Positions 8,356 to 18,030 of a stretch of DNA of 55,334 nt are shown here, piece by piece (the first letter of the stretch is position 1; the number at the start of each line of letters is the position of its first letter). A model generated the notes under the pieces. The model had not been told where the DNA came from, did not search any database, and saw only the letters and a program-made list of their open reading frames with translations. The stretch is taken from positions 1-55,334 of the IMG/VR virus record IMGVR_UViG_3300044984_001537, one strand, 5' to 3'. A program made the position numbers and the translations under genes. This DNA comes from a virus. Taxonomy: Duplodnaviria > Caudoviricetes.

Positions 8356-10039
8356 TTTTTGGTCACCAAGTTATAGAGCTTCCTCTAGTGACCTAACTGT
8401 TGCTATTTCCCCACTTGGTTTAGTAGAACTTGCAGATGAAGAGTTTGAAGTTCATGGTCCACGACTTAACCGTTACAGTGCTTGCTGGGCCTGGTACCTT
8501 GGTCACCACTGGTCTTACAAGCGTGAACAGGGTGAACAAAACATTACCCTTAACTACACCCGTACTTTGGCAGATTACATTACCAACTTCTGTTTTGGTA
8601 AGGGCGTTCAATGGAAAGTTCCTGAACAGAACGGTGCAATTATCCCCCAATTGCTACACCGTGTATGGGAACAAGACAACTCAAAGCATAATGTCCTTTG
8701 GGAAATGGGTCAACTTGCTGGAGTAACTGGTGACTGTTTTGTAAAAGTAGCTTATGAAGACCCTTATGTTGACCCAATTGGGGTAACAAATGAAGGACGT
8801 ATTCGTGTTATTGCCTTGAACCCAGCACACTGTTTTCCTGAATACCACCCTCATGACCGTGATCGTTTGTTGCGTTTTAAATTAAAATACCGCTTTTGGG
8901 GTACTAGCCCTGAAGGTACTCGTCAGGTCTACACCTTTACTGAAATCTTGACTGATGACTCTATTGAGCAATATATTAATGATGAGCTAGTTGATCAATA
9001 CCCCAATCCAATTGGTCATATTCCAATTGTGCATATTCCCAACATGACCATCTCTTCATCCCCTTGGGGACAAGCTGATATTTGGGATATTATTCCTCTC
9101 AACCGTGAGCTAAACGAAAAGATGACTGAAGTATCAGACATCATTAACTATCATGCTGCTCCAGTAACAATTATTACTGGAGCTAAGGCAAGCCAGTTGG
9201 AACGTGGTCCTAAGAAAGTTTGGGCAGGTCTTCCTAAGGAAGCTAGTGTATTTAACCTTGAATCTAGCGGAAACATGGCTGGAGCTTTAGAGTATATTAC
9301 GTTCCTTAAAAGAGCTATGCATGAACTTACAGGTGTACCCGAAACAGCTCTTGGACAGTTTCAGCCAGTATCTAACACTTCTGGTGTAGCTCTTGCTATT
9401 CAATATCAGCCTTTGATGAATCGCTTTAACATGAAGCGTATTCACTTTACTAAAGGCCTTGAAAAGATTAATGAACTGATCATTAGAACAGCAGCAATCT
9501 TTACTCCTGAAGCTCTTATCTATAACCCTGCTACTACAGAATCACCTGAAGTGGATCAACTTACACAGCTTGATCCTATGGACCCCTTGACTTACCGCAC
9601 GCAAGTTCACTGGCCTGAACCCCTGCCAATTGACGTGCTTATTAAACTTAACGAAGCCCAAGCTAAAATGGCTATGGGTCTTGAATCTAAAGAAGGCGCT
9701 ATGCGCATGCTTGGTGAGGAGTTCCCACGGGAGAAACTTGCTGAGATATTTGAAGAACTCCGTGATGATGCTATTGACCAGGGTGCGCTTGATATGTTGC
9801 GCGCTCAAATCAATCAAGCTGTCATGATGGCAACAGGCTTGTTACCCGGACCAGATGGCACCAGCACGGTACCCTCTGGAAATGGTAATGTAACAAGTGC
9901 AGGTTCACCACAAGGACAAGGGGGCCCCTTACCGGGCACTCAAGTTATGGGTGGTCCTGTAGAAGGAATGGTAAACAATATCGTTGCAAAGGCATACGGA
10001 GCTAGGTTATCCCAGCGTCGTGTTCCTGATGAAGAATAA
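8345..10039 (+). CDS. Portal protein (SPP1 gp6-like)
   Basis: Size and position; GVTGDCFVKV, NPIGHIPIVHIPN and NTSGVAL motifs. Confidence 0.92.
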   Translation: MPIDFWSPSYRASSSDLTVAISPLGLVELADEEFEVHGPRLNRYSACWAWYLGHHWSYKREQGEQNITLNYTRTLADYITNFCFGKGVQWKVPEQNGAIIPQLLHRVWEQDNSKHNVLWEMGQLAGVTGDCFVKVAYEDPYVDPIGVTNEGRIRVIALNPAHCFPEYHPHDRDRLLRFKLKYRFWGTSPEGTRQVYTFTEILTDDSIEQYINDELVDQYPNPIGHIPIVHIPNMTISSSPWGQADIWDIIPLNRELNEKMTEVSDIINYHAAPVTIITGAKASQLERGPKKVWAGLPKEASVFNLESSGNMAGALEYITFLKRAMHELTGVPETALGQFQPVSNTSGVALAIQYQPLMNRFNMKRIHFTKGLEKINELIIRTAAIFTPEALIYNPATTESPEVDQLTQLDPMDPLTYRTQVHWPEPLPIDVLIKLNEAQAKMAMGLESKEGAMRMLGEEFPREKLAEIFEELRDDAIDQGALDMLRAQINQAVMMATGLLPGPDGTSTVPSGNGNVTSAGSPQGQGGPLPGTQVMGGPVEGMVNNIVAKAYGARLSQRRVPDEE

Positions 10040-10089
10040 ATTGTAGTTTTAACTCAGCTATTAACAGCCCAACTAAAAGAGGTTAACTT

Positions 10090-10860
10090 ATGTCAAAATT
10101 TGAAGATGGTATTCAGGTACCTGTAGATCCGGAAGAAACTCCGGCTCCAAAGGTACAGGAAGAAAAGTATTTCTCTGAAGAGGACATTCAAAAAGTCCGT
10201 CAGCAGGAGAAGGACAAGATGTACAAGCGTCTTGAAGACGCCGATCATCGTGTCAAATCAATGGAAGAGCAGCTATCGGTGCTTAGTACTGATCGTGAGC
10301 AAGCCATTAAAGAAGCATCAAATCGCGCTAAGAAAGAAGCAGAGCTTACTCGTCAGCGTGAAATAGAAGAGCTTTCTGCAAAGGATCTTCTTTCAAAAAG
10401 AGAAGATGAATTCAATCAGCGTATTAACCAGGTTGAGCAAGAGTGGGGTCAGAAGTTTTCCGAATTGGAAAAGCAACGCCAAGCCACTGATGCAATGCTT
10501 GAAAAAGAACGTTACCTCCAGCAACTAGAATCGTATCGTCAACGACGTATCCAGTCTGAGACTGACACGATTATTCCTGAACTACGAGATCTTGTAGCAG
10601 GTAATAGTGAAGAAGAGATTGAACATAGCATTACAGTACTTCGTGATCGAAGTACTGCTATAATTGAATCAATCCAGCAAGCGAGCCCCCCTCGCTTGAA
10701 AGGGACCACCACTACGGCGCCCCCCTCTGGACCACTGGACAACCAAACGGACTACCAAACGGTCAGCGCGGAAGATATCCGTAATATGCCGATGGATCAA
10801 TACGTAAAAATGCGTGAAAGACTTATGTCAGCAACACGGGCTCCTAGAGGCCGTTACTAG
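10090..10860 (+). CDS. Capsid scaffolding protein
   Basis: Glu/Gln/Lys coiled coil between portal and capsid; C-terminal DIRNMPMDQYVKMRERL helix. Confidence 0.85.
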   Translation: MSKFEDGIQVPVDPEETPAPKVQEEKYFSEEDIQKVRQQEKDKMYKRLEDADHRVKSMEEQLSVLSTDREQAIKEASNRAKKEAELTRQREIEELSAKDLLSKREDEFNQRINQVEQEWGQKFSELEKQRQATDAMLEKERYLQQLESYRQRRIQSETDTIIPELRDLVAGNSEEEIEHSITVLRDRSTAIIESIQQASPPRLKGTTTTAPPSGPLDNQTDYQTVSAEDIRNMPMDQYVKMRERLMSATRAPRGRY

Positions 10861-10899
10861 TAATTAAACCCAACAACCTATCCATCGGAGGATATTAAA

Positions 10900-12024
10900 A
10901 TGGCATTACCCGCACCCGCAGGTGGAGCAATTACCGGAACAGGTACTTATACTGGTGGCTCAGGCAACCAAGTAACAGGATACACTGACGGTAGTTCGGC
11001 TCTATCTCCCGCAATCCAGCAAATTTGGTCAAAGGAAATCCTTTTCCAGGCTATGCCGGTTCTACGCTTTGAACAGTTCGCTGTGAAGAAGACGGAACTC
11101 GGTGTTATGCCAGGTTTGACCATCAACTTCATGCGCTACAACAACCTTACGGTTGATGAATCAGCTGGAGCTAACTTGACTGAAGGTTCACGTATGGAAC
11201 CGTCAGCTTTGTCAGCTAGCCAGATTCAGATCACCGTGTCAGAACAGGGTAAGGCTGTTGCCGTTACCGAATTGTTGCTCAATGCATCATTCGATGACGT
11301 CATGGCTTCGTCCTCGCGTCTGCTTGGTCGTCACATGGCACAGAGCATGGACATTCAGGCTCGTAATACCCTCTACAAGAACGGTATCCCGTTCGGTGGT
11401 GGATCGGCTGTTCCTCCGAGCGTTGTGTTCGGTCGTACCGCAGCTTCTACTCGTGGCGCAATCAGCCCGTACGATGCAGGTAACCTTGGTACCGCTTCAT
11501 CGCCTGGTTACTTGAGCCCCGCATCCATCAAGGACGCAGTTGAAGTCCTCGCTGGTCAGAACATCCCGCGTTTGGGCGACACCTACGTGTGCTTCGTTCA
11601 CCCGTCGCAGAGCCGTTCGCTCCGTGACTGGCCGGAATTCATCGAAGTCACCAAGTACGCTGCTCCGGGCAACTTCATGCTCGGTGAAATTGGCCGCTTG
11701 TATGACGTCGTGTTCATTGAAACCACCCAGGTTAAGAAGGGCTTGGATGCTACTGCAACCACTGCTCCTCTGTACGGTATGGGTTCAACCCTTGACACCA
11801 GTGCTACTGCTGGCTTCCAGGAAAATGCCGATTCTTACAACGCCATCATGATTGGTGACAACTCCTTTGGTCACGCCATCAGCCTTCCGGTTGAATTGCG
11901 TGACGGTGGTGTCATTGACTTTGGTCGTGAGCATGGTCTTGCCTGGTACGCCATCTGGGGCTTTGGTGTAATCACACACGAGTCGCGTGTTATTCTCAAC
12001 ACGCTTGGTGGCGCCATTTCCTGA
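10900..12024 (+). CDS. Major capsid protein (N4-gp56 family, HK97 fold)
   Basis: GGAGG RBS; PGLTINFMRY, YVCFVHP, GEIGRLYDVVFIET and DFGREHGLAWY; high-expression codon usage; followed by a strong hairpin. Confidence 0.93.
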   Translation: MALPAPAGGAITGTGTYTGGSGNQVTGYTDGSSALSPAIQQIWSKEILFQAMPVLRFEQFAVKKTELGVMPGLTINFMRYNNLTVDESAGANLTEGSRMEPSALSASQIQITVSEQGKAVAVTELLLNASFDDVMASSSRLLGRHMAQSMDIQARNTLYKNGIPFGGGSAVPPSVVFGRTAASTRGAISPYDAGNLGTASSPGYLSPASIKDAVEVLAGQNIPRLGDTYVCFVHPSQSRSLRDWPEFIEVTKYAAPGNFMLGEIGRLYDVVFIETTQVKKGLDATATTAPLYGMGSTLDTSATAGFQENADSYNAIMIGDNSFGHAISLPVELRDGGVIDFGREHGLAWYAIWGFGVITHESRVILNTLGGAIS

Positions 12025-12064
12025 ACCTAAAAAGGTAAGGAATCGTAACCCATTTAAGGGTACG

Positions 12065-12112
12065 AATGGTGTAATATGGGTGGGGGCAGAAACCCCCACC
12101 CATTACCATTTA
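12065..12112 (+). terminator. Strong hairpin after the capsid gene (terminator or mRNA stabiliser)
   Basis: ATGGGTGGGGG-CAGAAA-CCCCCACCCAT 11-bp stem, extended by AATGGT/ACCATT; short T tail. Confidence 0.7.
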
Positions 12113-12138
12113 TAAGCACATAACTACAAGGAGATATC

Positions 12139-12387
12139 ATGGCTCGCAAGATTACGACCACCACAAATTGGGCAGAACCAGTAGAACACGATGAAGTAGT
12201 CATTGACAAACCCGTCATTGTTTCTTCGTCTGACCCTAATTTTGTAAAAGCAAGAGTTAAGGGAACATGGGTTATGTTCTGGGGTCAAGACAAGTTTGAT
12301 TTTGTTGACGGAAAGAGTTACAAGTTGCCAAAAGACTTGTTTAACTACCTCCGTAATAACGGTAATATTTACGACACTATGGCCTGA
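12139..12387 (+). CDS. Small head-module protein
   Basis: AAGGAG RBS; directly after the capsid gene. Confidence 0.7.
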   Translation: MARKITTTTNWAEPVEHDEVVIDKPVIVSSSDPNFVKARVKGTWVMFWGQDKFDFVDGKSYKLPKDLFNYLRNNGNIYDTMA

Positions 12388-12394
12388 GGTATAC

Positions 12395-13828
12395 ATGCCC
12401 TTCATAATCCCTAACGCTACTGATATTCCAGATAGCAACAGTCATTTTATTAGCCTAGACCAGGCTGAGCCGGATTCTCTTGATTTTCAAATATTGGGAG
12501 ACCGGTCAACTGGTGTAGTTACTGGCTGTAAAGTGAGTGTTGCTACTGGTCAATATAAAGTTCAAATTGAATCGGGATGGGTTTGCATAAGGGGAGAAAT
12601 ATATTCAGTAACTGGTATTCCTCAAAAAGATTTACCGTCAGTTCCAACGTCAACTTCAAATAGATTTGACTTAGTTGTTGCACGTTTAAACATAACGACT
12701 AATGTTGTTTCAATTGTTTCTTTAGCTGGTATTGAAAGTTCTAGTAACCCTACTTTTCCAAAATCAGCAGACAGACTAAACACTCCAACTGGATCATACA
12801 TTGACTCTACAACGGATGTTGTTTTAGCTGCTATTTACCGAAGTGGTGCTTCAGCAATATCTGATTCATGTATAGTAGATAAACGTGTAAACATCTCATC
12901 AAGTATTAGTTTTAGGGGTAGTGCAAACCCTAGTGACAGTGTTGGTATTGACGGTGATTTTTACTACAGATACACCACAGTAGCTGGTAGTTCAGGTACA
13001 TTTATCAAAAAAGATGGCAAGTGGATAGAGCTATTACTACAGACTGAATCTGGGTCTGTAACTCCGATTGGTTCAATAATTATGTGGCCAAGCAATGTTA
13101 CAACTCCAAACCCTGCTGGTAAAACATTTTGGTTTGAATGTAATGGGCAAGATATAGCTAAATCAGACTATGCTGTTTTGTATAACTTATTAGGTACCAC
13201 TTACGGAACTTCTAATACTAATACACTTTTTAAATTGCCAGATTTATCAAATAAGTTCATTCAAGGATCAAGTACCCCAGGTACTATTGGTGGAGCAGCA
13301 ACAGTCACTTTGAGTGAGGGTAATCTACCTGCACATGCTCATAGTTCACCTGTGCACACTCATGGGGTTGGCAACCACACACACCCTATAAAGCATACCC
13401 ATGCCCAACAAAACACTAACTCTGGTGGGGTGCATAGTCACTTAGGTACAAAGACCCAAGATGGACTATCTGGAGATTTTGCTACAAGACTTAACGTTTT
13501 TATACCCGGAACAGCTGATGGTTTGGGTGGTAATATTGGATTTGTAGCTCCGTTTTCATTTACTGCAGATGGTGTAGCTGATGGTCTTAACACATTCTTT
13601 AATGCAAACATAAGTGGTATGCAAATGCACTGGTCGGCAGAAACTGCTGATGCCCCTTCACACCAACACCCTATTGTGTTCCCAGAGCATGTAGGTGTTA
13701 GTGAATCTAGTACTGGAAACACTACAGAAAATGTAGCTGCACAAACTGGTGGTGGTGCTGGTGCTAGTACTGCTATCAGTGTTATTCCTCCTAACATAAC
13801 CATGCGTTGGTTTATACGCGCTTTATGA
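12395..13828 (+). CDS. Fibre protein with tail-collar domain and His-x-His needle motifs
   Basis: PIGSIIMWP...WFECNGQ...YAVLYNLLGTTYG...FKLPDL collar domain; several HxH motifs; ends PPNITMRWFIRAL; start set by GAGGT RBS. Confidence 0.85.
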   Translation: MPFIIPNATDIPDSNSHFISLDQAEPDSLDFQILGDRSTGVVTGCKVSVATGQYKVQIESGWVCIRGEIYSVTGIPQKDLPSVPTSTSNRFDLVVARLNITTNVVSIVSLAGIESSSNPTFPKSADRLNTPTGSYIDSTTDVVLAAIYRSGASAISDSCIVDKRVNISSSISFRGSANPSDSVGIDGDFYYRYTTVAGSSGTFIKKDGKWIELLLQTESGSVTPIGSIIMWPSNVTTPNPAGKTFWFECNGQDIAKSDYAVLYNLLGTTYGTSNTNTLFKLPDLSNKFIQGSSTPGTIGGAATVTLSEGNLPAHAHSSPVHTHGVGNHTHPIKHTHAQQNTNSGGVHSHLGTKTQDGLSGDFATRLNVFIPGTADGLGGNIGFVAPFSFTADGVADGLNTFFNANISGMQMHWSAETADAPSHQHPIVFPEHVGVSESSTGNTTENVAAQTGGGAGASTAISVIPPNITMRWFIRAL

Positions 13829-13980
13829 TAGAAAAGCTTCCTAATCCAACTGGTACTCCTGACGAAATAAGAATTAGGCGTATAACAAGTGTTGGCGCAA
13901 TGCGCCCAGAACAACCAGCTGTAAACCAACCAATGCAGAAGACTGTGCCAGGTAAAGACTCCGCTGACACCCCTACTTGA
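13825..13980 (+). CDS. 51-aa hypothetical protein (not in ORF track)
   Basis: ATGA overlap with the upstream stop; MIEKLPNPTGTPDEIRIRR...DTPT* fills the gap. Confidence 0.55.
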   Translation: MIEKLPNPTGTPDEIRIRRITSVGAMRPEQPAVNQPMQKTVPGKDSADTPT

Positions 13981-13994
13981 GATAGACTGGTTAT

Positions 13995-14795
13995 ATGGCA
14001 ACACAAGCAGATATTGAAACTATTGCAAGGACCTATCTCAGGGATTTTCCTAAGTTCTTTCAAACATCTTTTGATGTTGTTGGACGTACCTATGAATTAG
14101 ACCATATTAATATTGACTCTGAATCTTTGTGGGTAGCTGTATACACATCTAACTCCGGAGCAGCATCGGTATTGGCAGCTTCCCAATATAGTGTTGATGA
14201 ACGTAATGGTATTTTAAGACTTTCCGGAAATTATTCAAGTAGCACTAAAGTTATGGTTGAGGGTTACTATTATGAGTGGGTTACCCCTACTGACTTATCT
14301 TTTTATGCTAAAAGAGCACTAGAAAAGCACTTACATACCATTAACCTGTCTATTGAACAATTGTCAGATGTAGTTATTAATGCCATTGGTATAGCTGCTA
14401 TCTGTGAGTCTTTGTGGGCTTTAATGACTGAGTACAGTCGTGATATTGATGTTATTACTTCTGAGTCTGTACATATTCCAGCTAGTCAACGTTTTAGAAT
14501 GGTGCAATCTTTACTTTCCCAGTGGGAGGGTGAATACAGGCGTCACGCTACATCACTTAATATTGGTTTTGACAGACTAGAGGTCTTTAATCTTCGCCGT
14601 ACTTCTAGAACTACCAATCGCCTTGTGCCACTATACAAGTCTAAAGAACTTGGAGATTTCTCACCCTTGGAACGTCAGTGGCCTGAAATTGATGAAGGTA
14701 TTGTTAGCCCAGAAACTAAGGGAGATAAGCTACGTGAAGACGTGTATATAGACACTAACCCACCATCGGGTGCTACTACGAATTCATTTTACTAA
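13995..14795 (+). CDS. Head-tail adaptor/neck protein
   Basis: Position between head and tail modules; TAGACT -10 box 6 nt before ATG (leaderless geometry). Confidence 0.65.
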   Translation: MATQADIETIARTYLRDFPKFFQTSFDVVGRTYELDHINIDSESLWVAVYTSNSGAASVLAASQYSVDERNGILRLSGNYSSSTKVMVEGYYYEWVTPTDLSFYAKRALEKHLHTINLSIEQLSDVVINAIGIAAICESLWALMTEYSRDIDVITSESVHIPASQRFRMVQSLLSQWEGEYRRHATSLNIGFDRLEVFNLRRTSRTTNRLVPLYKSKELGDFSPLERQWPEIDEGIVSPETKGDKLREDVYIDTNPPSGATTNSFY

Positions 14796-15337
14796 TGAAC
14801 CTTCATACTGAATTATCCTTAATTAATAAGCACTTTAGTAAAAGACACAAAGACTCAGGTTCGGAATACTTAGTTTGGTATGAATTTATACCATTAGGAA
14901 CTAGCGCCAGCGTTACCAGTGTTTATGATGATGTGTATGACGAATCACCTTATGGTACGGGTGGTCGTAAGTACAAACCTGGTGTTGTTCTTCCTGCTCT
15001 ACTTGCTGCAGAAACAGAAGACCAAAGAAGATCTATTCCTGAGGGTAGATTAACTTTAGAAACAATGAATCTATTTGTACCTGTTAATGCCATGCGAAAT
15101 GCCGGAATTGAAACGGTATGGGAATATAGAAACCATCTTAATGACGTATTTTTGTATGATGGTAGATTCTTTTCTGTGTATAGTTATACAGTTAGAGGTC
15201 GCGTAAAAGGTGAAGTTTTTGTACTTATTGAAGGTCAAGAACTTTATGTTGACCAAGAATTTGTAAACGACAATAACTTTCCTGAGCTGTCGTCTAATAA
15301 CCTCCCATGGCCTGCAACCCTACCTCAAATAGGCTAA
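14795..15337 (+). CDS. Head closure/neck protein
   Basis: DDVYDE and DVFLYDGRFFSV beta-barrel-like motifs; synteny. Confidence 0.6.
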   Translation: MNLHTELSLINKHFSKRHKDSGSEYLVWYEFIPLGTSASVTSVYDDVYDESPYGTGGRKYKPGVVLPALLAAETEDQRRSIPEGRLTLETMNLFVPVNAMRNAGIETVWEYRNHLNDVFLYDGRFFSVYSYTVRGRVKGEVFVLIEGQELYVDQEFVNDNNFPELSSNNLPWPATLPQIG

Positions 15338-15383
15338 AATTGTTCTAGTTGCAACGTGCGTTGTAACCTTCAACGCCTAGAAC
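15335..15383 (+). promoter_or_regulatory. -10 box followed by a structured leader
   Basis: TAAAAT at 15335-15340; GTTCTAG/CTAGAAC outer helix with two alternative inner helices. Confidence 0.45.
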
Positions 15384-15397
15384 TGTAAGGGGTCCCA

Positions 15398-15772
15398 ATG
15401 ACTGGGAAAACTGCATCAACTTCTTCTTACCGTTCTAAAGTTAAGCCAAGCACCCCTTATGCAGTTAACAACTTAATTACTAGTTTAAATAAAGTTGAAA
15501 AGGCAATAAAAGCTGCAGTTAGAAAGTACCAGACAAAGGTACGTAAAGAGGCCAAAGATTCTTGGGGTGAAGCTGCTAAAACTATTAATGTAACTTTTGA
15601 TTATGACAATATGGTTGTACATATTACATCAAATCATCCAGATGCTGATATGCTAGAACATGGTTCTGATGAATTCCCACCCAGCCCTGTTATTAGAATG
15701 GCGGCAATAAAAGCACAAGAAGAACTTATTCCGTTAATTAAAACACAACTTATAAAAATAGGTCTTAAATAA
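15398..15772 (+). CDS. Neck/tail completion protein (HK97 gp10-like position)
   Basis: LEHGS...PPSPVIR resembles the gp10 EFGT...P.PF.R motif; basic protein. Confidence 0.55.
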   Translation: MTGKTASTSSYRSKVKPSTPYAVNNLITSLNKVEKAIKAAVRKYQTKVRKEAKDSWGEAAKTINVTFDYDNMVVHITSNHPDADMLEHGSDEFPPSPVIRMAAIKAQEELIPLIKTQLIKIGLK

Positions 15773-16470
15773 TGTCTAATAAGGGATTCCTTCTTGCAGA
15801 AGATGCTGCTGTAAAGAATAGGTTTAGTAACCTAACTGTTTCTGATGACCGCAACCAAGAGAGATTAGTACAAGTATTTTTCAGGTATCCAGAAGGTGAA
15901 ACTGAAAAAGCTTACCCATTTATAACTGTGGAAATGATTGGCATGTCGCATGACACTAGGCGCCAGCTTTCAGAAACTACTTATTACTACAGTAACTCTG
16001 CCTCAGCTTCCAATAGCCCTGCATATATTAATTATTATCCCTCAGAGTTAACTGCATCCGAGCTTGCTGCTCAGGTTACAAACACCTCTGGTCTTAAAGT
16101 GCATTCCTTCATTCCAGTTACTTTAGTGTACCAAGTAACCACCTATACCAGAACTGCCCTACATGATCGACAGTTATCTAGTAAAATATTAAGACGAGTA
16201 GTACCATTTAGACAAGGATTTATTGAAATCCCAGAAGATGGTACAATTCGAAGATTTGATCTTCTGTCATGGAATCCCTCGGACCTCCTTGATAGAGAAG
16301 CAGGATACCGAAAACGTATCTTTAGAAAAGTGTTTACAATACAAATGAATGCTGAAATAGCTGACACGGATCTTACTGTGTTTAAGAAAGTTGCTTCAGT
16401 TGAAGGTGCTTTAGCTGTAGATAACAATGATAATTTTCCGTCAATAACCGACATTTTAGAGGAGTTTTAA
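15772..16470 (+). CDS. Tail terminator/completion protein
   Basis: YPFITVE and LVYQVTTYTR motifs; directly before the sheath gene. Confidence 0.65.
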   Translation: MSNKGFLLAEDAAVKNRFSNLTVSDDRNQERLVQVFFRYPEGETEKAYPFITVEMIGMSHDTRRQLSETTYYYSNSASASNSPAYINYYPSELTASELAAQVTNTSGLKVHSFIPVTLVYQVTTYTRTALHDRQLSSKILRRVVPFRQGFIEIPEDGTIRRFDLLSWNPSDLLDREAGYRKRIFRKVFTIQMNAEIADTDLTVFKKVASVEGALAVDNNDNFPSITDILEEF

Positions 16471-18015
16471 ATGCCCACTTACCAAAACCCTGGTGTGTAC
16501 GTAACAGAGTCAGCTTTTGTATCAAAGCCAAGACAAGCTAGTACCTCTCGTTCAACCGCAGTTTTCTTTGGAGAATCCTCACGAGGACCTTCTAACGCTA
16601 CCTTGATTAGTTCTTGGTCAGAGTACCGTACTCTTTATGGTGAACTAAGCCAGGAATACGATCTTGGCTTTGCTGTTTATCATTATTTTGCAAACGGTGG
16701 TAAAGATGCTTATATTGTAAGAATTAACTCGTCTAATGCTGTTGCTGCAACTGTAACGGTTCCTTATTTCCCCAATGTTGGTGGCGCTGCATCAACGACC
16801 GCAACCTTGTTTACTGCTTCTGCAATGAGCAAAGGAACTTGGGGTAATAACCTTACTTTAGAATTTAGCAATGGTAATACCACAGCTACCTCTACAGTTA
16901 TGCCATCATTTAACTTGGTTGTTAAGCTTAATGGTGTTGAAGTTGAACGTTGGAATGACCTTTCTCCTGATGTATCAGCTAACCGTTATTTTGTAACTAT
17001 TTTGAATACCTATTCACAATACATTGATAATGTGGTTATTGGTAACCCAGTCCCTGTTGCAACAACCTCTACTGGAACTAGTTCAGCTTTTGCTTATACA
17101 GGAAGTGCTGTTTCTTATGCAAGTGGCTCTGCGGGGTCATCAGTACAAGATTCAGACTATGTTTCGGCTTTAACAAAACTTGATGTCGTTGAAGGCGTAT
17201 TGCTATTAAATGCTGTAAACAAAACTTCAGCACAAATTATTAACCCGTTTATTGCTAAGGCTGAGGGCCGTGGTGATAGCTTTGTTATTATTGACCCGGC
17301 AATGAGTGAAACCAATGTTTCAACAATTGGTGGAAACATTGGAGGATACACAATTTCAAACTACGCGGCTGTGTACTACCCACACTTGTTAATGATTGAC
17401 CCTTCAAAAACTGGTCCTGGAGCAGTAAAAGCAACTGCACCTGGTGGAGCTATTGCTGGTGCTTACATTAGAACAGAAATTGAAAAGGGAGTTGCTAAGA
17501 CGCCTGCAGGACTTAACGTAGGAATTAGAAACGCAATTGGTCTTGGAACAAACTTTACGGCATCTGAAACCGGAACTTTGTATGGTAACTACAACATTAA
17601 TACACTCAAAGCAATCCCTGGTGGTGGAGTAGTTGTTAATGGTGGTCGCACCCTAGATAAGACCGCTCCAGGAAAGTTCATTTCTTCACGCCGTACTTTG
17701 AACTACTTGAAGCAGGCTCTTAAAGATGGAACAGCTTATGCTGTATTTGAGCCCAATGATTCAAGATTGTGGAGTCAACTTACTCTTGGCATTTCATCCA
17801 TGCTTGCTGAGTTTTGGCGCCAAGGTAACTTGAAGGGTGAAACCGCAGCTGAAGCTTTCTACGTAACTTGTAGTTCAGCAAACAACACGTCCGTAAGCAT
17901 AGATAACGGAGAAGTAAGAATTGAAGTTGGTGTTGCTCTGCAATACCCAGCTGAATTTATAGTAATTAACCTGTCCCAGTGGACCGGTGGTTCAAACGCA
18001 ATCGAAAACATCTAA
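16471..18015 (+). CDS. Tail sheath protein
   Basis: PGVYVTE, YFANGG, GTWGN, VFEPND..LW and PAEFIVI motifs. Confidence 0.96.
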   Translation: MPTYQNPGVYVTESAFVSKPRQASTSRSTAVFFGESSRGPSNATLISSWSEYRTLYGELSQEYDLGFAVYHYFANGGKDAYIVRINSSNAVAATVTVPYFPNVGGAASTTATLFTASAMSKGTWGNNLTLEFSNGNTTATSTVMPSFNLVVKLNGVEVERWNDLSPDVSANRYFVTILNTYSQYIDNVVIGNPVPVATTSTGTSSAFAYTGSAVSYASGSAGSSVQDSDYVSALTKLDVVEGVLLLNAVNKTSAQIINPFIAKAEGRGDSFVIIDPAMSETNVSTIGGNIGGYTISNYAAVYYPHLLMIDPSKTGPGAVKATAPGGAIAGAYIRTEIEKGVAKTPAGLNVGIRNAIGLGTNFTASETGTLYGNYNINTLKAIPGGGVVVNGGRTLDKTAPGKFISSRRTLNYLKQALKDGTAYAVFEPNDSRLWSQLTLGISSMLAEFWRQGNLKGETAAEAFYVTCSSANNTSVSIDNGEVRIEVGVALQYPAEFIVINLSQWTGGSNAIENI

Positions 18016-18030
18016 CAAGGAGAATGCATA

